Origin: Clostridia bacterium
GTDB taxonomy: Bacteria; Bacillota; Clostridia; Christensenellales; CAG-1252
Length of the DNA stretch: 64,000 nucleotides
Reading direction: 5' to 3'
Assembly (NCBI GenBank): GCA_024685775.1
Contig: JAIKVL010000004.1
Span: 70,486-134,485, forward strand
The notes beneath the pieces were generated by a model. The model worked only from the letters and a program-made list of their open reading frames with translations. It searched no databases and had not been told where the DNA came from. Both the position numbers and the translations under genes were made by a program. This document shows positions 46,045 through 56,800 of this stretch, piece by piece; the stretch's first letter is position 1; each line of letters starts with the position of its first letter.

Positions 46045-48006
46045 CTATCGTCCTTTTCTCGCAGCCTGTAAGGCTTGCAGTTGCTCCCTGAGTTCGATCG
46101 CCGTTTCGAAATCCAGACTCGCCGCCGCCCGCTTCATCAAAGCGGTAACGAGCTCGATCTGCCTGTCCAGTTCCTTCGGCGCGAGTTTTTCTTTCGGCGC
46201 CGTTTCCTTGACGGGCTTGGAGATCTCGATCGTGTTTACGATCTTTTTAACGACGCTGCGCGGCGTGATATGATATTTTTCGTTATGCGCCGCCTGCGCT
46301 TTTCTTCTGCGCTCGGTCTCGCCGATCGCCTTTTTCATACTGTCCGTCATGACGTCCGCGTACATGACGACGCGACCGTCCACGTTTCTCGCCGCCCTGC
46401 CGATCGTCTGGACGAGAGAGGTCTCGCTTCGGAGAAACCCTTCTTTATCCGCGTCGAGAATCGCGATCAGCCCGACTTCGGGGATATCGAGACCCTCCCT
46501 CAAAAGGTTGATGCCGACGAGGACGTCGTACTCCCCGGAGCGAAGCGCGTTCACCGTCTTGATTCGTTCGAGCGTCACGATATCCGAATGCATATAGATC
46601 GCTTTTACGCCCTGCTCTTTGAGATAATCGGTTAGGTTTTCCGCCATACGCTTTGTCAAGGTCGTAACGAGAGTGCGATAGCCCGCCGCGGTCGTCTTTT
46701 TGATCTCGCCGAGGAGATCGTCGATCTGCCCTTCGATCGGTCTGACTTCGACGACGGGATCCAAAAGCCCCGTCGGGCGAATGAGTTGCTCCACGACCTG
46801 CCCCGCCCGTTCGAGTTCGTAAGGAGCGGGCGTCGCGGAGACGCAGATCATTTGCGGGACGCGATCCAAAAACTCGTCGAATTTCAGCGGGCGATTGTCA
46901 TACGCCGCGGGAAGTCGGAATCCGTAATCCACGAGGTTTTGCTTTCTCGAACGGTCGCCGTTATACATCGCGCGGATCTGCGGAAGCGTCATATGGCTTT
47001 CGTCGATAAAGACGATGAAATCGTCCGGGAAGAAGTCGGTCAGCGTGTAAGGCGGCGTCCCGGGTTCTCTGCCGTCGAAATAACGGCTGTAATTCTCGAT
47101 GCCGTTGCAATAGCCGACCTCGCGGATCATTTCGGTATCGTATAAGACGCGCTCGCGAATGCGTTGCGCTTCGATCATTTTCCCTTCTTCGATAAACTCT
47201 TTCTCGCGGACGAGCATATCCGCGTTGATTTTCGCGAGGATCTTTTCGGTGTCCGTTCCGATCATATAATGGCTCGCGGGAAAAATATTGACGTGCTTCA
47301 AAGAAAGCTTGGTTTTCCCCGTCAGGACGTCGAACTCCGTGATGCGGTCGATCGAATCGCCGAAGAATTCGACGCGAACCGCCGTCTCGGAAGAGCTGAT
47401 CGGGAAGATATCGAGAACGTCCCCTTTCGCGCGAAAGGTTCCGCGGCGGAAATCGAGATCGGCGCGAAGGTATTGGATCCCGACGAGTTTTTTGATCACC
47501 TCGTCACGGTCCTTTTCATCCCCCTCGCGAAGGGAAACGGCGTGAGAATAGTATTCTTTCGGCGCGCCGAGCCCGTAGATGCAGGAGACGGAAGAGACGA
47601 CGATCGTGTCGCGCCGCTCGCAAAGAGAAGCGGTCGCGGAGTGGCGAAGCTTATCGATCTCGTCGTTGATATCGAGTTCCTTTTCGATATAGGTATCGGT
47701 CGAAGGGACGTACGCTTCGGGCTGATAATAATCGTAATACGAGACGAAAAATTCGACGCGATTATGCGGAAAAAGCTCTCTGAATTCGTTGCAAAGCTGC
47801 GCGGCGAGCGTCTTGTTATGCGCGATCACGAGCGCGGGGCGATTGACCTTTTCGATGACGCTTGCCATCGTAAACGTCTTTCCGCTGCCCGTAACGCCGA
47901 GCAAGACCTGCGTGGTAAGACCGTCTTCCACGCCCTCCGCGAGTTTCTCGATCGCCTGCGGTTGATCGCCGCAAGGCTTAAAGGGGCTGACAAGTTTGAA
48001 ATCCAT
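46045..48006 (-). CDS. uvrB: Excinuclease ABC subunit B
   Basis: About 653 aa from [19 protein letters not shown], with the GVTGSGKT helicase motifs and a C-terminal UVR domain. The 711-aa track ORF over-extends into the upstream gene. Confidence 0.95.
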   Translation of the reverse strand: MDFKLVSPFKPCGDQPQAIEKLAEGVEDGLTTQVLLGVTGSGKTFTMASVIEKVNRPALVIAHNKTLAAQLCNEFRELFPHNRVEFFVSYYDYYQPEAYVPSTDTYIEKELDINDEIDKLRHSATASLCERRDTIVVSSVSCIYGLGAPKEYYSHAVSLREGDEKDRDEVIKKLVGIQYLRADLDFRRGTFRAKGDVLDIFPISSSETAVRVEFFGDSIDRITEFDVLTGKTKLSLKHVNIFPASHYMIGTDTEKILAKINADMLVREKEFIEEGKMIEAQRIRERVLYDTEMIREVGYCNGIENYSRYFDGREPGTPPYTLTDFFPDDFIVFIDESHMTLPQIRAMYNGDRSRKQNLVDYGFRLPAAYDNRPLKFDEFLDRVPQMICVSATPAPYELERAGQVVEQLIRPTGLLDPVVEVRPIEGQIDDLLGEIKKTTAAGYRTLVTTLTKRMAENLTDYLKEQGVKAIYMHSDIVTLERIKTVNALRSGEYDVLVGINLLREGLDIPEVGLIAILDADKEGFLRSETSLVQTIGRAARNVDGRVVMYADVMTDSMKKAIGETERRRKAQAAHNEKYHITPRSVVKKIVNTIEISKPVKETAPKEKLAPKELDRQIELVTALMKRAAASLDFETAIELREQLQALQAARKGR

Positions 48007-48011
48007 TATTA

Positions 48012-48395
48012 TTATTTGATCGCGTTGACGATAAGCGTAATAAGAGGTTTGAGCGCGGCGGCGAGCGCGACGCCGAGGATTGTCAGAATGATCTTCCAGA
48101 CGATGCTGGAACGGCGGGCGCGAAGCCTTTGCTCCTCGCTGCGCTGAAACGCGAATCCCTTTTTCAGAAGGGTGACGCAATAATAAAAGTCGCCTTTTTT
48201 ATCCGATTCGACGAGATCGATATACTCGTCGTATACCAAAGCGCGCATCGTGGGTTCGAGGTCTTCCGCCTTGAAATCCAAAGAATACGGGATACCGATC
48301 ATGATATCCACCGGACGGATCAAGCACATACCCTTGTTCTTCGTCGTTTTCTTGTAAATCACGCGCATCAAAGCGCTCTCTTTCTTGTTCAGCAT
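48012..48395 (-). CDS. Tail-anchored winged-helix-like protein (paralogue A)
   Basis: 127-aa ORF with an N-terminal wHTH-like region (ALMRVIYKK...[28 protein letters not shown]), a basic linker and a C-terminal TM helix. Its stop is 5 nt from the uvrB start. Confidence 0.55.
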   Translation of the reverse strand: MLNKKESALMRVIYKKTTKNKGMCLIRPVDIMIGIPYSLDFKAEDLEPTMRALVYDEYIDLVESDKKGDFYYCVTLLKKGFAFQRSEEQRLRARRSSIVWKIILTILGVALAAALKPLITLIVNAIK

Positions 48396-49117
48396 AGTTT
48401 CTTAAAAATCAAGATCATAAAGATCAGGTTTACGATGACAGCGCCGAGCGCGGATCCGAAAAGCGCGGCGAAAAACACCTTTTTCGGACTGATCGAAGTT
48501 TTTTTCTTTTCCTCTTCCGACGGCGCGGGAGCTTCGGGAGTCGCGTTGATCAAAGAACGCGTCGTTCTGGCTTTTTCGCGGCTCTCCGCAAGCGCGATGC
48601 GATCTTCGAGCTCCGCGATCAGATCCTGCTGTTTGCGGCTCTCCTCTTTCGCGCTTTCGAGGGCGGCTTTCTTCTTTTCTTTGTCCTTGCCGTCGCCCGC
48701 CTCGTCAAAAGACGCCTGCGCCTTACGGACTTTTTCTTCGCTTTCTTTTTGCAGTCGCTCTTTCTTTTCTTCGAGCGCGATACGCTCCTGCCGATCCTCT
48801 TCCGCGGCTTGAAGCTCTTTTTTATAGGAAAGAATCTCGGGCTCTTCGGCTACGATCTGCGCAAGACGCTCGCGCGACTGCTTGATCAAAGCGCGACCTT
48901 TCGTTCGCATCGCGACGCAATACTCTTCGTTATCCGCGTATTTGAGATCGATGAGCCCGTCCGCCACGAGGACTTCGAGGATCTCCGTGAGTTCATCGGG
49001 CTGAAAAGTATGATAAGAAATACGGGAAGTGATCTCTTCCGCTTCCAGAATGCGATACCCTTCGCCTTCGCAAAGGTCGAAAAGCGCGTCCATAACTTTG
49101 ATCGAAATATCGTTCAT
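48389..49117 (-). CDS. Tail-anchored winged-helix-like protein with long coiled coil (paralogue B)
   Basis: 242-aa ORF. Its N-terminal pattern matches paralogue A (KVMDALFDL...LVADGLIDLKYADNEEYCVAMRTKG). A roughly 110-aa charged coiled coil and a C-terminal TM helix follow. Its stop overlaps the start of paralogue A by 7 nt. Confidence 0.55.
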   Translation of the reverse strand: MNDISIKVMDALFDLCEGEGYRILEAEEITSRISYHTFQPDELTEILEVLVADGLIDLKYADNEEYCVAMRTKGRALIKQSRERLAQIVAEEPEILSYKKELQAAEEDRQERIALEEKKERLQKESEEKVRKAQASFDEAGDGKDKEKKKAALESAKEESRKQQDLIAELEDRIALAESREKARTTRSLINATPEAPAPSEEEKKKTSISPKKVFFAALFGSALGAVIVNLIFMILIFKKLC

Positions 49118-49128
49118 CTCTCACCTAC

Positions 49129-49184
49129 CGAATACTTTCGCCTGATAATATATTTATTATACACGCTCTCTTAATAAATTGCAA
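49129..49184 (-). promoter_or_regulatory. Sigma-A promoter plus inverted repeat upstream of the wHTH-wHTH-uvrB-uvrA block
   Basis: Minus strand TTGCAA (49184-49179), a 17-nt spacer, then TATAAT (49161-49156). The palindrome CGAAAGTATTCG (49140-49129) lies in the leader, and AGGTGA precedes the ATG. Confidence 0.5.
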
Positions 49185-49271
49185 CACAAAAAGTTTCGCT
49201 TGGCGAATGCGAAAAAACGCCCGAATCTTCCGAGCGTTTGAAAAAAATCATTCTATCCGCGATCCGAGAGA

Positions 49272-50603
49272 TTATTCTTTCGAAAAAGCGAGCGCGAGTT
49301 CTTCGACCTTTCCCGCGCCGAGGATCAACACGGTATCTTGCCCTTTCGCCGAGCGATCGAGCATCGTTTTTACGTCGTCGTAACGGGAAAAACAGTACAT
49401 CTCTCGGGCGTTGCACGCGCAGAAAAGATCCTTCGATCCGACTCCCATATCCGCCGTTTCGCGCGCGGCGTAAGTCGGAAGCAAGATCAGGACGTCCGCG
49501 CCGGACAAAACGCGTCGGAATTCGTCGAACAGAATCCGCGTCCGAGAATAGGTATGCGGCTCGAAGACGACGAAAAGCCGCCCTTTCCCTTCTTCCCGAG
49601 CGACCCGCATCACCGCTTCGATCTCGCTCGGATGGTGCGCGTAATCGTGGATCACGGCGGCGCCGCCGAGCGTCGACCCCATTCTTTCGTATCGCCGCTT
49701 TACGCCGAGAAAAGCGGCGAGTCCCATTCGAACCGCGTCCTCTTCCACTCCGATTTTCAAGGAAACGAAGGCGGCGATCGCGGCGTTATACAGATTATGC
49801 CGCCCTTTCAGCGGCGTCATAAAACGGCGATCGGGTTCGCCTTTGACCTTCAAAACGAACTCGCCTTCTTCAAGCGGCTCGAAGGAAAAATCTTCCCCGT
49901 ACTTATAGGCGGTCGCTTCGTCATATGCGCAATCGTCGATATGAGAAGACACGCCCTCTCCGAGGACAGCGATTCCCCCGCGCTTTACGTTTCGGACGAA
50001 TTTCGAAAAGGAGCGATAAACGCTTTTTTCGTCGGAAAAAAAATCGCCGTGATCGAGTTCCGCATTTAGGACGACGGCCACGTCGGGCGTAAGCGACAAA
50101 AAGGAATCCTTATACTCGCACGCCTCGGTCACGAAGACTTCGCTTCCGGAAAGGAAAACGGTATCGTTGAAATTGCGGACGACGCCGCCGATATGCGCGG
50201 AGAAAGGTCTTTTACTCGCCGCAAGACAGCAAGCGATCATCGCGCTGACCGTCGTCTTTCCGTGCGTTCCCGCGACTGCCACCGTTTTTTCGAAAAGCGC
50301 GCATATTTCGGAGAGAAATCGAGAGCGCGAAATCGCTTTTTCTCCCGCCGCGACGCGCTCGGGATCGCTCGTTTTGATCGCCGCCGTACAGACGACGAGA
50401 TCCGCGCGCTCCGAAAAGGAAGGATTCGATCCGACGTACACTTTATAGCCTTGCTTTTTGAGTTCGAGAAAGCGTTCCGACTCGACTTGATCGCTTCCCG
50501 TAGTCTCCGCGCCGAGCCTTGCGGCGATCTTGATCAACGCGCTCATACTGATCCCGCCGACCCCGATAAAATGGATCTTCTTACCTTCGAAAAGATTTCG
50601 CAT
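49272..50603 (-). CDS. murC: UDP-N-acetylmuramate--L-alanine ligase
   Basis: About 443 aa from MRNLFEGKKIHFIGVGGISMSAL, with AGTHGKTT and Mur-ligase middle and C-terminal domains. The 483-aa track start is rejected. No clear SD was seen. Confidence 0.9.
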   Translation of the reverse strand: MRNLFEGKKIHFIGVGGISMSALIKIAARLGAETTGSDQVESERFLELKKQGYKVYVGSNPSFSERADLVVCTAAIKTSDPERVAAGEKAISRSRFLSEICALFEKTVAVAGTHGKTTVSAMIACCLAASKRPFSAHIGGVVRNFNDTVFLSGSEVFVTEACEYKDSFLSLTPDVAVVLNAELDHGDFFSDEKSVYRSFSKFVRNVKRGGIAVLGEGVSSHIDDCAYDEATAYKYGEDFSFEPLEEGEFVLKVKGEPDRRFMTPLKGRHNLYNAAIAAFVSLKIGVEEDAVRMGLAAFLGVKRRYERMGSTLGGAAVIHDYAHHPSEIEAVMRVAREEGKGRLFVVFEPHTYSRTRILFDEFRRVLSGADVLILLPTYAARETADMGVGSKDLFCACNAREMYCFSRYDDVKTMLDRSAKGQDTVLILGAGKVEELALAFSKE

Positions 50604-50744
50604 ACTACTGTATATGCCGAAGGTCGGGAAAGTGTCAAAAACAAAAAAAAACGAAAAAACGGCTGCCGAACGCCGCATAAAAAAAGTTTCGCAAGCAAAA
50701 AGTATGCGAAACTCATTTTTCAATAAGATCGAAAAGGTAAAAAC

Positions 50745-51011
50745 TTACTCGGCGTCCAGCTGCTCTTGATAAGCGCGCAAAACGGAATCGGAGATCAACG
50801 CTCTCGCTTCCGGATTGATCGGATGCGCGATATCCTTAAATTCTCCCTCGGGCGTCTTCCTGCTCGGCATCGCGATGAACGGACCGTTATTTCCGTCGAT
50901 GATCTTAATGTCGTGCACGGCGAAGCAGCCGTCTATCGTGATCGATGCGACGGCTTTGAGTTTTCCGTTGTCGCTTTTGGCAAGTCTGACTCTGACATCT
51001 GTTATATTCAT
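50745..51011 (-). CDS. spoVG: Septation/sporulation regulator SpoVG
   Basis: 88-aa ORF: [10 protein letters not shown]...[21 protein letters not shown]...[21 protein letters not shown]. Confidence 0.95.
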   Translation of the reverse strand: MNITDVRVRLAKSDNGKLKAVASITIDGCFAVHDIKIIDGNNGPFIAMPSRKTPEGEFKDIAHPINPEARALISDSVLRAYQEQLDAE

Positions 51012-51038
51012 AAAGCACCGCCTTTTGGTTATATAGAT

Positions 51039-51067
51039 AGTATATCACGAAAGAGTCCGCGTGTCAA
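51039..51067 (-). promoter_or_regulatory. Sigma-A promoter for spoVG
   Basis: Minus strand TTGACA (51067-51062), a 17-nt spacer, then TATACT (51044-51039). Confidence 0.55.
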
Positions 51068-51110
51068 TACTGAATTTTTCGCTCACAAAATGCGGATAAA
51101 TAGGACTTTT

Positions 51111-52667
51111 TTAATTTCGTCCGATCGGCGCGCGCTTCGACGCGATCTTGTCGAGTAAGGCGTAATCTTTTTTCCCGATCTCCGTTTTCGGCATCTCTTT
51201 CAAAAAGACGATTTCAGACGGAAACGCATAGCGGATAACGTTCTGAGACAGGACCTCGCGGATCTTTTGCGCTTTAATCTCTTCCGAATATTCGGAATCA
51301 TCCGTGCAAAACAAAGCAATTTTCGTTTTTCCGTTTTCCGTATAACCGACCGCCGCTGCGTCCGTCAAAAAGCCGACGTCCATCGCCGCGCGTTCGATCT
51401 CCACGGGATAGACGTTCATTCCCCCGATGACGATCACGCGCTTCTTTCTGCCGGTAAAAAAGAAGAAGCCTTCTTCGTCTCGATAGCCGAGATCTCCCGT
51501 CAAAAGAAACTCCGATCTCGTATCGCTCGATCCGAGATACCCTTCCATCATGCAATCGGTCGAGACCGCGATCTCTCCGATCTCGCCGCTTTTCGCTTCC
51601 GATCCGTCCTCGCGGACGATGCGAATCTTCGCATCGACGGGCTTTCCGATCGATCCGAGCTTATCTTCTCCTTTGGAGCAAGCGGCGCAAACGGAGACCG
51701 TCTCCGCGAGCCCGTAGCCTTGATACAGTCGGCTTTCCGATCCCGCCCTCATCGCGCGTTCGTCATAGCGCGCTTTGAGTTTTTCGGGAAGAGAATCGCC
51801 GCCCGAAAACGCAAGGACCATATTTCCGATCCCTTTTAAATAGTCCTTGTTTTCCAAGAGTTTTCGAAACATATTCGGGACGCCGAGAATGATCGAAACT
51901 TTTCCCTTTTTGACGTATTTCGCTGACTTTTTTACGTCAAAGTACGGAAGAATGACGCCCTCCGCGCCGCCCGACACCGCGCCGTGCAAAGAGGACGACA
52001 GCCCGAAACCGTGATAAAACGGCAAGACGAGCAAAACGCCTTCCGAAGCAAGCGGGATCTTCGCGAGCGAGACGGTCGCTTCCGCGTTTTTATTGAAAGC
52101 GGCGTTCGTGATCCGAAGGATCTTCGGCTCCCCCGTCGTCCCGCCGGAAGGAAGATACAACGCGACGTCTTCGCCTCTCGATTCGGCGTTTTCCACACGC
52201 GCTTCCCCGATGGCGGAATAAGGATAGGTCGGTTTTTCGAAGTTTCTTGCGAAGAATTTCAGAAACCCTCGCTTTACGGGCGAGAAGTACCCGACGAGAT
52301 TGCAGGTGATCCGCTTGACGGGAAGCTCCTTTCCGAATCCGACGCGGCAGATCAAGAAGGACGCGCCCGCTTCTTTCAGTTCCTTTTCCAGAGCGTGCGT
52401 CGGAAGCAGAGGATGCGTAACGAAAACCGTTGCGCCGATCTTATTGAGCGCATAGATCGAAAAGACGCATTCGGGGCTGTTCGGCAGATTGATCGCCACG
52501 ACGTCGCCTTTCTTGACGCCGAGCCGCGAAAAAGCATCCGCGACGCCGTTTACGCGCGCGGCGACTTCCTTTCCCGCGAACGTTCGCCCGTAAAAGGAAA
52601 GGCACCGCTCCGAAGAAAGCACGCGGCTGATAAAATATTCGTAAAATGATAGGTTAACGTCCGACAT
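51111..52667 (-). CDS. ANL-superfamily acyl-AMP/acyl-CoA ligase
   Basis: 518-aa ORF with LPSGGTTGEPK (A3), GYGLAET (A5), TGDLGYRDEEGFFFFTGRKK (A7/A8) and PKTEIGKK (A10). Confidence 0.85.
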   Translation of the reverse strand: MSDVNLSFYEYFISRVLSSERCLSFYGRTFAGKEVAARVNGVADAFSRLGVKKGDVVAINLPNSPECVFSIYALNKIGATVFVTHPLLPTHALEKELKEAGASFLICRVGFGKELPVKRITCNLVGYFSPVKRGFLKFFARNFEKPTYPYSAIGEARVENAESRGEDVALYLPSGGTTGEPKILRITNAAFNKNAEATVSLAKIPLASEGVLLVLPFYHGFGLSSSLHGAVSGGAEGVILPYFDVKKSAKYVKKGKVSIILGVPNMFRKLLENKDYLKGIGNMVLAFSGGDSLPEKLKARYDERAMRAGSESRLYQGYGLAETVSVCAACSKGEDKLGSIGKPVDAKIRIVREDGSEAKSGEIGEIAVSTDCMMEGYLGSSDTRSEFLLTGDLGYRDEEGFFFFTGRKKRVIVIGGMNVYPVEIERAAMDVGFLTDAAAVGYTENGKTKIALFCTDDSEYSEEIKAQKIREVLSQNVIRYAFPSEIVFLKEMPKTEIGKKDYALLDKIASKRAPIGRN

Positions 52668-52699
52668 ATCGAGTCCTTTTTCGGCGTATCGCCGTTTGC

Positions 52700-53809
52700 T
52701 TATTCTTTCTCTTCGTCCTCTTCCGACGGTTGGATCAGCGTCACCGAATCAAGAATCTCGATCGAATTCGAATCTTCCGATCCTTCCAAACGTTTCGTTA
52801 AGATCTCGGTTTCCTCGGCGGCGTTCGGCTCCTCTCCGAAAGAGATCTCTATCTCTTCCCTCTCGGGCGAGTCCGCATTCGAGAAATCGTCCCAATTCTT
52901 GCTCTCCTCTTCGGGAACGACGACTTCCGCCGCGCTCGTATCGAAGCTCGGAGCGAATTTACGGAAGAAGAAATACCGCGCGACGGCGTAGGTCAAGAAT
53001 CCGAGAAAGAATCCGCCCGTAACGTCCGAAAGGAAATGCGCGCCGATCACGATGCGGGAATACGCCATAATAAAGACGTACAGCGCGGAAATAAAGGCGA
53101 TCCGTCTTTCCCTGCCCGCATCCCCCGGAAGGACGTCGACGATCGCGCAGAAGATAAAGAGATTGGTCGCGGCGCAAACGTGCGACGAGGGGAAGGAATG
53201 CATTCCGTGGGAAGTAAAGAGGTTCTTCAAAGAAGAGGTAAACCCGTTGATTTTGTACCACGGAGTAAATGCGGCAAACGAACCGGCGGACGCCATCTCG
53301 TAATAGCGCGGACGGCTCCAAATGAATTTCAGGACGTTTGAGGCAAGAAGCGTGGAGATCACGCAGACGACGGATCCGAAGATCAATAAAAGAAGCAGCG
53401 GCTTCTTTTTATCCTCTCCCACCTTGCGAAGCGCAAGAAAAGTCAGCGGCGTCAAGACAACCGCCGCTCCGATCGCGACAAGCAAACGATAGACAAAGGA
53501 TTCGAGATAAGTCTCGCTTGCGAAAAAACCGAAAACGAGATAGGACGCGGTTACCGCGCCGACGCAAATCAGCCGCTTGAAAAAGAGCGCGCTCTTTTTC
53601 TCATCGAGCGAGAAAAACAGCATCGCAAACGTCGCGGCGACGATCACGAAGGGCGGGAACGTCCCGACGCTTTCAAAGACCTTCGCCATCACGTTATCGG
53701 GCTGAAAGAGCGCGTCGGAAAGCTTCATATCGAAAATCCCTCCGAGGACGAACAGCACCGTTACGAGCAGAAAAACGCAAAAATAGGTAATTTTCTTTTC
53801 TTTTGTCAT
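52700..53809 (-). CDS. PAP2-family membrane phosphatase with acidic C-terminal extension
   Basis: About 369 aa from MTKEKKITYF, preceded by GAGGAG. It has the PAP2 motifs WSRPRYY, FPSSH and SRIVIGAHFLSDV, multiple TM helices, and a last ~90 aa rich in D/E. Confidence 0.82.
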   Translation of the reverse strand: MTKEKKITYFCVFLLVTVLFVLGGIFDMKLSDALFQPDNVMAKVFESVGTFPPFVIVAATFAMLFFSLDEKKSALFFKRLICVGAVTASYLVFGFFASETYLESFVYRLLVAIGAAVVLTPLTFLALRKVGEDKKKPLLLLLIFGSVVCVISTLLASNVLKFIWSRPRYYEMASAGSFAAFTPWYKINGFTSSLKNLFTSHGMHSFPSSHVCAATNLFIFCAIVDVLPGDAGRERRIAFISALYVFIMAYSRIVIGAHFLSDVTGGFFLGFLTYAVARYFFFRKFAPSFDTSAAEVVVPEEESKNWDDFSNADSPEREEIEISFGEEPNAAEETEILTKRLEGSEDSNSIEILDSVTLIQPSEEDEEKE

Positions 53810-53813
53810 TGGT

Positions 53814-56800
53814 TTACTCCTCTTTAACAGAAGGCAAAGAGCCATTCTGAATATTCCATATTTCGCTATCGAACCCGTCGTAGATCGCGCTTTCGTAGAA
53901 ATCGGAAACGGCGGCGAGTTTCGCGTTTACGCCGACGTTATCCAAATTCTCGCGAACGAAGACGTCCACGCCGTTCAGATAATAGCAATCGCGAATGACG
54001 CCGGTATCCGCGTCACCCTCTTCGCCCGTCCGGAAGATCTTGCCCACAAGCCCCGCCTGCTCACTCGAAACGGTGGCGAGAGAATAGACGTCGACGATAT
54101 GCGACGACTCCGTAAAGGAGAACGCCCCGACCGCGCCGCCGATCAGGTTTCCTTTCAGTTTGACCGCGCCGATCACCGCGCGCTCCGCCTTTTCCGTAAG
54201 GATGCCGGCAAGACCGCCCACTATGAACTGAGGTTCTGACGACTCGATCGAGCAGTTTCCGCTTACTTCCGCGTCATAGATCTCCGTTCCCATGCCGGCC
54301 ACGCCGCCGAAGGCGACGTAAAGCCGATTGCTATCGATCGCGCACTCCGCCGAGACTGTTTGTACGCTCGCCCGAACGCGGGAAACGATTCCGAAGGAAA
54401 CGCCCACGATCCCACCCGAAGCGCAAAGCAAATCGAAATCTTGCGTACCGAAAATCGTCTCTTCCAAAACCGACTCGTCGGCGGAAGAAAATGCGTAAAC
54501 GGAATCAGAAGAAACGAACGTGGTTTCGATCAAACCGTTCGCCTCGCCGACCGCGCCGCCCGCATACGCTATGCCTCGGGAACTCGCACTGACCAAAGCG
54601 GAAGAATCCGAACGGGAAAGCTTACCGTACGAAACGCCGATGATTCCGCCGACGACGACGTGATCTCCTTCCGCGGTGATACCCCCGCCCGAAACGGAGA
54701 CCTCATCAATCTCGCCGTAATTCGTTCCGACCGCGCCGCCCGCGATCAACTCGGCGGCGTTCAAAACCATAGTTGCATCTACGGTGGAATTCTTTATATC
54801 CGCAGACGAGATCGCGGCGATGGCACCGACGGTCAAATCGGATGCGGTAGCAGTCAAATCAAGATTGACCGTGAAAAATTGACAGAATTCGCCTTCCGAA
54901 AGCGAATTGATCGATCCGATCGCACCGAAGACGACTTTTCGAGAGGACGAAATCGTAACGGTCGAGAAGATGCTTATGCAGTCGAGGTTCGTTCCCGTCG
55001 ACTTCGCCGCAACGATTCCGATCGTCGCGTCCGCGCTTGCCGACATAGTCACCGAAGGCGCGTTAATCCTGACGTTCTGGATCGAAGCGTCCTCAAAGGT
55101 TTGCCCGAATAAAAGTCCGAACGTCGATTCGTCGTCCAACGTCACGTTTACGGCATTGAACGTGATCTCAGAATTGATCAAATCGAAACTCGAAGCGCTC
55201 GATGCGAACAAACCGTAATTACCGTGCGCCGTGATCTCGCCGACGTTCAAAACGAAAGAAACGTCCGAGATCTCACCGATAAGGACATCGAATAAATTCG
55301 TTCCTTGCAAAGTAACGGTAACGGAACCGCTGCCCGACAAGTATCCGTTCAGGGAGAACGGCTCGGAAATCGTTCCTTCGAGATCTTGATCCAAGACGTA
55401 ATGCGCGCCCGCGTTCCGACCCAGCTTTTTCAGATCGGCGAAAGACGCGACGACGTAGGGATCCGACCGCGTCCCGCTGCCCGAATCAAAGCCTCCGAAG
55501 GTCGCCAACGAGATGTCTACACGGACGACTTGGTCGTACAAATTCGTTATAACGAGAGTTCCTTCGCCCGCCGCGGTAAAGATCAAATTGCGCCCCGAAA
55601 CGGAAGCGTTCGAACCTTCATAGTCGAAGCGAACGATCTTCGCGATCGCGTCGTCCGAAGTGATCAAAACGGAGTCGTCCAAATCGATCGAAACGACGTC
55701 GTCGAGTTCAAGGGCGGTCAACGCCGTGTTATCCTCTGCCGAAAGAACGGAGAAATCCGAATCTTTCGAGAGGAACAGCGAATAATCGACCGGCGCGTAC
55801 ATAAGCCCGCTGACGAATCCTTCGATCGAAGAGACCGCCGCACGGAACGCGCCGACGCCGTACTTCGTTACGCCGGAAACTTCGGGGATCGTTACGGAGA
55901 ACGCCGCATCGTCCAAAACCATAACGTTCGTATAGGTCGCGGTCCCTGCCGCCGCCAAAGCGGGAACGGTATATCCTTCGACCGCGAGGATCAAAGCCGC
56001 GTCGGACAAGGAGCAACCGTCGGACGAAAGCGCGAATCCCGCGGCGGTCAGAGAATCCGCCGAATTCTTTTCCACAGAGAGGACGGAAAGCACTTTCGAG
56101 AAGGACGAGGAAATCGCTTCGTTGACGAGCGCATAGCGCGCGTCGCCTTGATTTTCGCCGTTTAAGCGGAATTGAACGTTACTCGCCGTAACGCCGTCCG
56201 CCCTGCCCGCGAGATACGCCGAAACAGAGCTTCGAGAATAGACCTTGACCAGCAGGGAAACGTTCGAAAGCGTGCCGCCCGAAACCGTTTTGAACGCCGC
56301 GAACGACGCCTCGTCCGAAAGAGAAATCTCGATCGTCAGATCGGTAAACGCGCTGTCTTCCGCGCTCTCCGCGATCGAGACTTCGCCCGACCCGGATCCC
56401 TTGATCGACACGTTTTCCACCGTCGCATTATAAACGACCTTCCCGAGGATCGGTCCGCTCCAAGCGTCGCCGCCGACCAGGTTCAGATTCTTCACCGTTC
56501 CGCCGTCGATAAATCCGAAGATGCCGTTTTCGGGGATCTCGGGAGCGACAAAGGTCGCGCCGTCGAAATCGATCGTTCCGCGGAAAGGCGCGCTCGAAGT
56601 AAAGAGCGCGGGGAACGCAAAGGACGAGATCTCGCCGCTTCCCGCATCCCATTTGAAATGCGCCGTGGGATTGGCGTCGAGAACGGATTTCATATTTTTG
56701 TAATAACGGGATTCTTTGATGAGATACGGAGATTCCGGCGTTCCTTCTCCTTCGAACGCTCCGAAACCGGATGCCGAATAAGGAACTTCGAACGCTTTTA

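Noticed and set aside
49129-49140. The palindrome CGAAAGTATTCG upstream of the uvrBA block, considered as a LexA box.
   Set aside because: The arms are CGAA/TTCG in a 12-nt unit, not GAAC-N4-GTTC in the 14-nt Cheo box. It is reported as an unknown operator candidate, not as an SOS box.
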